Part shown: positions 12,826-20,000 of the stretch, piece after piece
Numbering within the stretch: the first letter of the stretch is position 1
Layout: the number at the start of each line of letters is the position of its first letter
From: Catajapyx aquilonaris
Taxonomy: Eukaryota
Assembly (NCBI GenBank): GCA_000934665.2
Contig: JYFJ02002013.1
Span: 44,477 to 64,476 of the forward strand
Direction of reading: 5' to 3'
Length of the DNA: 20,000 nucleotides
Program-made: the position numbers and the translations under genes
Notes under the pieces: model-generated
What the model was told of the DNA's origin: nothing
The model's database searches: none
Seen by the model: the letters and a program-made list of their open reading frames with translations, nothing else

Positions 12826-12894
<69 letters not shown>

Positions 12895-14199
12895 ACACAC
12901 AAGTGCAATTAAGAGATGTTCACTATGAAAAAGAGGTTCGGGAAATATCAAAATAAAAATTATAATAGCTTTTATAAAATATTATAACCCCGATTATCAC
13001 TTGTTTTTTCTGGAAAAGTACGCTTCTTTTTCTTAATTAAAATCTACTATTAGGTGCCATTTTCATAACTGGCCAAGAAAAAATTATGGAAATAATGTGA
13101 GGTGTACCAGTGACCAAAGGCAACATTTTCTCCACAGTAAATATAATTTTGTAAAATGTGTATGATAAAATTCGTAATGTCATAATGTCCACTCACTGAT
13201 TCCTCAATGTCAGAGACACTGAATTGAAGCCCCAGCAGAATCCTTCGTCTGTGCTTCTCATTTCAAATATTTTAGAGCAGTTAACTATTTCACTTAGCCA
13301 CCAGCACTTAAGTGCCACATGCCCAATTGGCGCCTTCACCTGAAATATGCATAAAATGATATTTTTATGCAATATTAGACTTGTGCTGTTTTGTCATTTA
13401 AAATGTTATAATTATACTGGTTCCGTCTGTTAATTCTGGGATACTTTTTATTACCGCTTTCATCAACTCCGCCAAACCTTGCACTTCTTTGTCAATGACA
13501 CCTGCGAGGGCTTCTTCAGGCACATCATTCGGAATACTTGGTGTTGATTGGCCAATTTGAGCCAAGTATTGGACAAGTTGTCTAATAATATCTGGGCTGT
13601 ATTTTTTCCACCTTAAAAAGTCATAGTTTCATAAAGTCGGTGCTCATACTTGATTATAAGTGCTAATTATTATTATGTACCTATCTGTTTGCAAAAGTGT
13701 ATCAAGTTTACGTTTTGCAGCCTTGTTGTTGTTGCATATTGTAACTCCTGGAAATGGGACTTTCCAAATGGGTTCTGCCACTGACTCAATACTTGTGGAA
13801 ATAGGCGTCTGCATGTATTTCTCAAACGCTGGTTGCAGAAATAATGCTGCTCCTATTGTTGCGCCTATGCAAAATAATATCCAGAGTATTCTGGAAGGTA
13901 AATTGGTCTGTTACTACTTGTCCTGGACAGGTTCCTAAAAAGCTCTACAGGCATTTATAGGCCCACCTTTCAATATTAAAATTTGAATCGTCGGTAATAT
14001 ATTTGAATCCATGCAATGAGGTGTTGTTACAGTAATCTTTCACACAGGTGTACACAAACTCAGAGTTGAATGTGCGGTTCCGTGATCGTTGCATGTGTGA
14101 GAGTAATTCATAATTGATCGAAGTCAATCCTAATTCCCTTTTCCAAGGATAAACGGGAGTAATCGTAGGGGTTTTTTTCTTCCAAGGGAGTGCATACAT
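10795..14199 (-). CDS. ppk: DEG/ENaC (pickpocket-like) channel subunit, copy C, 10 coding exons, about 537 aa, shortened termini
   Basis: Exons 14199-13967, 13890-13681, 13611-13455, 13339-13197, 12073-11950, 11825-11549, 11477-11424, 11343-11166, 11088-10997, 10940-10795; all GT-AG, 1614 nt in frame. Same family motifs. First in-frame ATG is MYALPW; ends TPWRQ-TGA. Confidence 0.9.
12211..12357. mobile_element. 147-bp MITE with 16-bp TIRs and 8-bp TSD (P- or hAT-type) in intron 4 of copy C
   Basis: TIRs CAAGGGGGTAACCACT / AGTGATTACCCCCTTG (1 mismatch); perfect TSD TTCCACAT at 12203-12210 and 12358-12365; internal GGTACTCC-like repeats. Confidence 0.92.
12489..12893 (+). mobile_element. tRNA-derived SINE with (TAT)n tail, antisense within intron 4 of copy C
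   Basis: Pol III A-box-like TGGCGCTGCGG (12501-12511), B box GGTTCGATACC (12544-12554), GC-rich body in an AT-rich intron, ending in the (TAT)~22 run. No clear TSD. Confidence 0.8.
12826..12893. repeat. (TAT)~22 microsatellite (SINE tail)
   Basis: 68 bp perfect run; source of the poly-Ile and poly-Asn ORFs. Confidence 0.97.
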
Positions 14200-14507
14200 T
14201 ACTTGAAATAACTTATCTTTTATCCCGTATTACCAACGAACTGTACATAATCTGAAAAATTAATAGGCACGTTTTCAAACATACTTACAACATATCAAGC
14301 GGAATCAATCTAAAGATTTTACGATACATACGGTACTGTACATGAGGACGATTTGTTGAGTAGAACGCTATTACTTCAGTCTGTCAGTGTTTTAAACTAA
14401 AGGAAAGTTTCAGTAGGTCTATTGAATACGATCATTTTATATACTGTATAGATGACCGGTTAAGTATTAAACTAGATTTGTTATTAAAGACTTTTCAAGA
14501 CAAAATA

Positions 14508-14712
14508 ATACGTCACCTCATATGCATCGGCCCCTCTCCGTCTGAATTGTATTACACCTTCTTGACGACTCAGTTATAAATTCAGCACGTCAGTGGTTAG
14601 TAAAACTTGACAACATCTTTATATAAGAAGGTATTGGAAACTCTATTGGCGTCATCTGGGAGACCGAGTATTTTGACTACTTGAAATTGATGTGATATGA
14701 TACCAAAGAAAC
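14508..14712 (-). promoter_or_regulatory. Conserved upstream block of copy C: putative promoter and non-coding first exon
   Basis: Donor GAG|GTGACG (14516), CTTGACGAC (14561), CTTGACAAC (14606), minus-strand TATATAAA (about 14618-14625), GGAGACCGAGTATTTTG (14659), GATATGATACCAAAGAAAC (14694). Confidence 0.65.
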
Positions 14713-15197
14713 TGCAGTGTTTCCATAAGTGATGCAAATCAATATCCTATTGTGAAATCTGCTCACTGACTATGCCATAGTTGTAGTTCCTTCGATCGGC
14801 AAATATTTTCTTGCCGACCAACTATTCGTTATTTGGTTTTATCAATTAAATCGTTCAAAAAAGATAAATTACGTTCAAACATAATTATACAGACCCGCAC
14901 CTAAAAGTGAAGAGCTTCATTCGAAAATGATTGTTTTATTTACAAAATGATTGACTTTTGATGTAGGTCAGTGTCCTTCGCTGTGGTGGTGAGTTTGAAA
15001 GTCCAGCTGTCCACTGAACACAATAAAACATTAATGAACATTTTTCAACAGAGAATTTAATTTAATTTAATGTGTATACAGAGGCAGAAAAGGAGAGTAG
15101 TATATACATAAATATATAATTAGCATCTGGCCTACGCTACCAAGCCCTTTTTGTTTAGTCATCTCCAGACATTTTTTGCACTTCCACATGATGATTG

Positions 15198-18100
15198 TTA
15201 GCGAATCAGTCCTCGACGCCAGGGTGTATTCGGCTTGGCAAATTTCCATCGAAGGATCGGTCTAATAGTGAAGAAGTAGATGATCTCAGCTATGCTGACG
15301 AAGCTGAATCCGATGAACAGACCGACTATTCCGCCAAATGAGGCTTAAATAAAGGATCGGGAATGTTATGATTGTCATTATTGCTGTTGTAACTCACCTT
15401 TACAAACTTACCAATGAAGTCATTTGCAGTGTACATTACGTCCCTTTGGTACAGAACGAATGTTTCTAACTTGAAGAACACGTGTAGGAGGACTAAGTTG
15501 TTCCTGAGGACAAGTTATTTGTAATTTACGCACTCAATAATTATTGGGTTATTAGCAGATTTATCCATGAATTACTCACTTGTCTATCTTTTTGTCGACA
15601 TAATCAAGGTCATCATGAAACCTGGGGAAACGAGCATCACTTGACTCGTAAGTGTAGGTGATCGCCCCGCAACTGGGAGGACAATGGCAATGTTCCATAG
15701 AATCTATTTCTCTCAATCCTTTCACTTGCTCCTCTGGAGTCACCGTCAAAAATTTAGCTGCATTTGCAAAAATAACATTAGGTTGTGTCGGAAACACAAG
15801 TCGCAGCTTTTGACGTGAATACGTCTTTATAATCGGATCGGTATTGGGGGGGAGTGAATTGATTGCTTATTATCAGTATTGAAGTCTGGACACATGCATG
15901 GTGACCCTAAAGTCTGGACACTCATGGTGACCCTCCTAAAAATTTCCCTGCATACCCCCCTGGATGCCTCCGCCATGGCCCCATGGCAGGGTCCTGACTA
16001 TAACACTCACACGCCACTTAGGATATAGTAGACTCGGATATAGTAGACTCTAACGCTTTTCTGCAACGCTCGAGTTTGCCTCCATGCCCACCCATGCGGA
16101 TCCGAATTTAGTCCTGCCATGGGGCCCCTGGCAGGGCCCCCTGCAGGGCCCTGACTGTAACGCTTTTCTGTAACGCTCGAGTTTGCCTGCATGCCCCCCC
16201 CCCCTCTATACGGACCCGATCTTAAAGACGTATTCACGTCAAAAAAAATATGTACAGTATATTACTGTACATTGTGGTGCAGAATAACAGTAGCTACATT
16301 TTTGAGTGCTTACTTGTGTGATGGTTGATGCATTCTATTCCCTCGTAATTACACAGAGTTTGATTTTCTGAAGAAAAAATTAATAGCACGATATATTTTG
16401 CAAAGGAAATAAATTGCCGGTACTCAGTAAAATACTCACTCAATTCAGAATACATGTAAGGAACGCAGCCGCAGGTTTCTTTCATAGAAGCTACAACGCA
16501 CTCCATCCGACAGTTTTCATAACTGAACGTTGGAAAATAATTCAACGATATCTCATCTCCGAAACGGCACAATCGTTTTTCTTGAGGAGTTTCTCGGACA
16601 TGAATCGTGCTTTGTGTGACTGTTGGAGTAACGGCAACGTACATCTCCTTGCCCGACTCCAGTAAGAAGGCCTTGGTTGCAATGTTTGGAAAATTCATTG
16701 GGTGGTGAATCCGTACCTGTACAGTAAAGCGAATTTTAAAAAAATATGGACACGGGATATATGCAGATATCTTTTGCAAATTGGTAAAGTTGCTGAATAT
16801 AAGCTTATTATAGAAGGCCAATACCTTGAATCCAAATACATTATTAGTGTACGAATAGTAACTCTCGACGTCAGGGTTCAACAACACTGTCAATCCTACG
16901 TTTGGTCCAGCTCCGTTTACTACTTCAGGTTGAAAGTCGTCGTGTTTTCTGAAAATACATTACCTTACATATAGGGCATGATGCGATTGAGTTGTGTGTA
17001 TTGATTAGAAATTTCTTGCACAATCTGCCTGTTATTAAACAGTTACTTTCCAATAGTCACTTTTACTACTATTATTTAAAATATTATTGTTAATATTAAA
17101 TAATATTGACCTGGGACACATTCTGAGTGACCTGTACGACGAACTTGTGTATGGCTGGACCATTATACCCTTTCTATTAGTTTAAAAGGATGCAGCCCTT
17201 CGACTTAACATTAGCAGCTAATATTATTTTGGTAACCTCGAACATGGACGGTTCTAAAATAACTGATTAAAAACTATGTAGCGTAAAAATTGCTAACCGC
17301 TACGGCCAATAATTATATTATTCAACTGGAACACATTTTTCGAGATAAAATATTTGACATCGGAATTTTTGCACTCCAAAGCATGATAAAATAAAACAAG
17401 TCAGAATAACCACATACGCATCGTCTTTGGATGTCAGAGTCACGGAATTGAAGCCCCAGCAGTATCCATCATCAGTGCTTCTCAATTCAAATATTTCTGA
17501 GCAGTTCACTATTTTGCTTAGCCACCAGCACCTAAGTGCCATATTTTCAATGGGCTCCTTCACCTGAATGTGGGCCAAAAATTATACACGATCGAGAACA
17601 GGTCTATGCTGTCGTGATTAATACGACACACATGTGAACTGAACTTATGATAAAGCCACCTGGGAAGGAGTGTTCATGAGAAATTCTTCCTCTTACCTCT
17701 CTCATTAACTGCGCCAAACCTACTACTTTCACTTCTTCTGTAATAGCCGCTGCGAGGTCTTCCTCGGGTACCTTCAGCGACTCTCGAGTCGTTTGTCCAA
17801 TTTGAGTCACGTATCGGACAAGTTCTCGAAAAATATCAGGAGGATATTTTTTCCACCTAAAAAAACCACAAATATTATTGGTAACAATGTAATTAATGAT
17901 GTTTTTAATTAACAGGCGCAGTTGAATGAAAACAAAAAAGGACTAACTTGGACAATAATTCTGTAATTATTCTTAACTTATAATAATAAAAACGAGTGCA
18001 GATTACTCTGCATTTAATAGTATACCTATCTGTTTGCAATAGTGTCTCAAGTTTATTCTTTTCCGCCTTGTTGACGTTGCATATTGTGACTCCTGGAAAT

Positions 18101-18578
18101 GGTACTTTCCAAATGGGTTCAGCCACCGCACCGATTCAATACTTGTGGAAATAGGAGTCTGCGCATACTTCACAAAGGCAGGTTTCAGGTAAAATACTGT
18201 TCCTATTATTGCGCCCATGCAAAATAACATCCAGAGTATTCTGAAAGGTAATGAAGCTGTTACTAATAAGTTGGTCTCAAAAATACTCTATGCAACAGCA
18301 TACCTTTCAAGATTAAAATTGGAATCCTCGGTAATGTATTTGAATCCATGCAGTGATGTGTTGTCACAGTAATCCTTCACACAGGTGTACACAAACTCAG
18401 AGTTGAACTTGTTACGTGATTCTCGCGTGTGGGAGAGAAGTTCATGATTGATCGAAGTCAATCCCAGTTCCTTTTCCCAAGGGTAGACTGAAGTAATCGT
18501 TGGTTTTTTCTTATTCCATGGTATTATCGAAATACCAATGGCCTTGACGTAATTTACGCCATTTTTAAAGCGACTCAT
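15198..18578 (-). pseudogene. ppk: DEG/ENaC (pickpocket-like) copy D, frameshifted by a 5-bp duplication in exon 2 (young pseudogene, null allele or assembly error)
   Basis: Exons 18578-18304, 18240-18026, 17856-17697, 17563-17418, 16948-16825, 16716-16440, 16367-16314, 15757-15580, 15503-15412, 15343-15198. Exon 2 is 215 nt versus 210 in B and C because CACCG is tandemly duplicated at 18124-18133. The shifted frame stops at TGA 17809-17807 in exon 3. Removing 5 nt gives an intact 553-aa ORF. Confidence 0.85.
15808..16244. mobile_element. 437-bp MITE-like element in intron 7 of copy D
   Basis: Perfect 22-bp TIR TTTTGACGTGAATACGTCTTTA (15808-15829; reverse complement 16223-16244), extending imperfectly into G/C runs; internal direct repeats. 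The intron is 556 nt versus 80 nt in B and C. Confidence 0.88.
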
Positions 18579-19043
18579 ATTGCTGGCATGGAATTAATCA
18601 TAGCCTGAAAAATTGGTATAAGATTGGAAACACTTTCACATGCAAGATCCACTGAAGTACTCAAACATACATTCAAGCTAGGACATTAAGATACATGCTT
18701 CTTTCAGGACTATGAGAGTATTGAGCGATACAGTAATATTTCACTTAATGAGTGTTTCACGAAAAGGACGTTTGGCACGAAATTCACTCATTCTTACATC
18801 CAGGTGTTAAATACTTCACTTTCTACAGGAATTTTTGAAAAAATAAGATTGGGATATTAAGCATGCTGCCTGCAAGAGCCTGAAACTCATACAAAAAAAT
18901 GTACCACAAAATATAAAATAATTATCTTTCTTCCACTTCTCTTGTATAAATTAGCAGCATAATCACTCAGCCTGGCTCGTAAAATTATTAGCACTAACTA
19001 AATTTAACAAGGTTCGTGAGTTGAAATATTTTTATGACTAATT

Positions 19044-19278
19044 ATACATTACCTCACTTTAATCGGCCACACTCCTTCTGAACTGTATCACAACGTCTTG
19101 GCGACTCAGCTATGACCTCTGCACGTCATCGTCAGTGCTTAGAACCACTTGACGACAAGTGTTATAGCATACAAAAACACTTACTCAGGATTACCTAAGG
19201 TACTTCGGAAAATGTCATCATCCAGGAGACCGAGTATTTTGGCTACCTGCAAAATCACCTGGATGATATCTGAGAAAC
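19044..19278 (-). promoter_or_regulatory. Conserved upstream block of copy D: putative promoter and non-coding first exon
   Basis: Donor GAG|GTAATG (19052), CTTGGCGAC (19097), CTTGACGAC (19148), GGAGACCGAGTATTTTG (19225). Confidence 0.65.
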
Positions 19279-19508
19279 AAGAATGTTCGCATAAGCTATA
19301 CAAAAAACCACATCAATATCGTAGGAGTTCTTCGTTGAGGACTAACTTGCAAGATATTCCTTAATGAACATACATTAATTAATTATGTTTTCTCTGTGCG
19401 ACAAAAATTCATTGAAAATCCTCAGTCCTGATTAATAGAGGTTTAAATACGAACAATATTACTCCTCAAGTTCCCATCGTCTCTTCAAACTCTTTTGATA
19501 TCTCAAAT

Positions 19509-20000
19509 GGGTCATTCCATGTCAATTCACCGAGCCCCCTGACCCTTGGGTTGTCAGATTTTGACGAAAATCGGCGAATCGCTTTAATTACGTCTTTCAA
19601 AAATACCATTTGCGCGGTTTTGAGATTTACCCCCCCTCCCCGGAGATAGGCCCACCGAAAAAAACGTCATTTTCGGAAGGTAGGGTTTCAGAAATCGGTC
19701 ATATCTCGTGAACCAATTGAGCTACAGATGTCATAGACCGCTCCCTTTGAAGAGATTCGAGAGCCCAATCTCACTAAGGATTGAAAATTCGCATTTTGAC
19801 TTTTTTGAAAATTTTGTCCCATTTTCAAAATTTCAATTTTTTTTTTTAAAAAATCCGCCTATTTTAAAAATCCGATTTTTAAATAATGTTGTAGCTCAGA
19901 CAATTTCCCTCACATAGAAAAAAATCTCAGGAGGACTTTTTTGATTTAAGGAAAATAATTGCATTTGAAGGAACGCATGTGCGCCTTGAAAGTACGCAAT
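19509..20000. mobile_element. Probable non-autonomous DNA transposon beginning GGGTCATTCCA (other end not in window)
   Basis: Abrupt change to sequence rich in A/T runs and CG-containing words, typical of insect MITE interiors; the start resembles GGGGCATTCCA at 12197. No matching TIR seen. Confidence 0.5.

Noticed and set aside
12379..12951. Five overlapping ORFs including poly-Ile and poly-Asn
   Set aside because: Artefacts of the GC-rich SINE and the (TAT)n tail.
8240..13938. Similar plus-strand ORFs at 8240-8500 and 13660-13938
   Set aside because: Antisense shadows of ppk exon 2.
16007..16237. 76-aa Gly-rich ORF
   Set aside because: Lies within the internal repeats of the 437-bp MITE; no transposase motifs.
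16294..16893. 199-aa single-exon gene
   Set aside because: Read-through of exons 5-7 of copy D across two introns that lack in-frame stops.

Overview
AT-rich, intron-containing eukaryotic DNA, most likely an insect or other arthropod (inferred from a TTAGG-type repeat and pickpocket-type genes). The window is dominated by a head-to-tail cluster of four DEG/ENaC (pickpocket-like) channel paralogs on the minus strand. Each has the same 10 coding exons and identical intron phases, traced by hand. Copies A (580-4604), B (6223-8811) and C (10795-14199) are open (about 557-564, 559 and 537 aa). Copy D (15198-18578) has a single 5-bp duplication frameshift in exon 2. B and C share a near-identical ~970-bp tract including introns (probable gene conversion), and C has eroded N- and C-termini. 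B, C and D (weakly A) share an upstream non-coding block with a splice donor. Several MITEs, a tRNA-derived SINE and microsatellites lie in introns and flanks. I see a birth-and-death ion-channel cluster, not a clearly new class of system; the novelty is in the mosaic paralogs, 5' leader structure and possibly unclassified small transposons.
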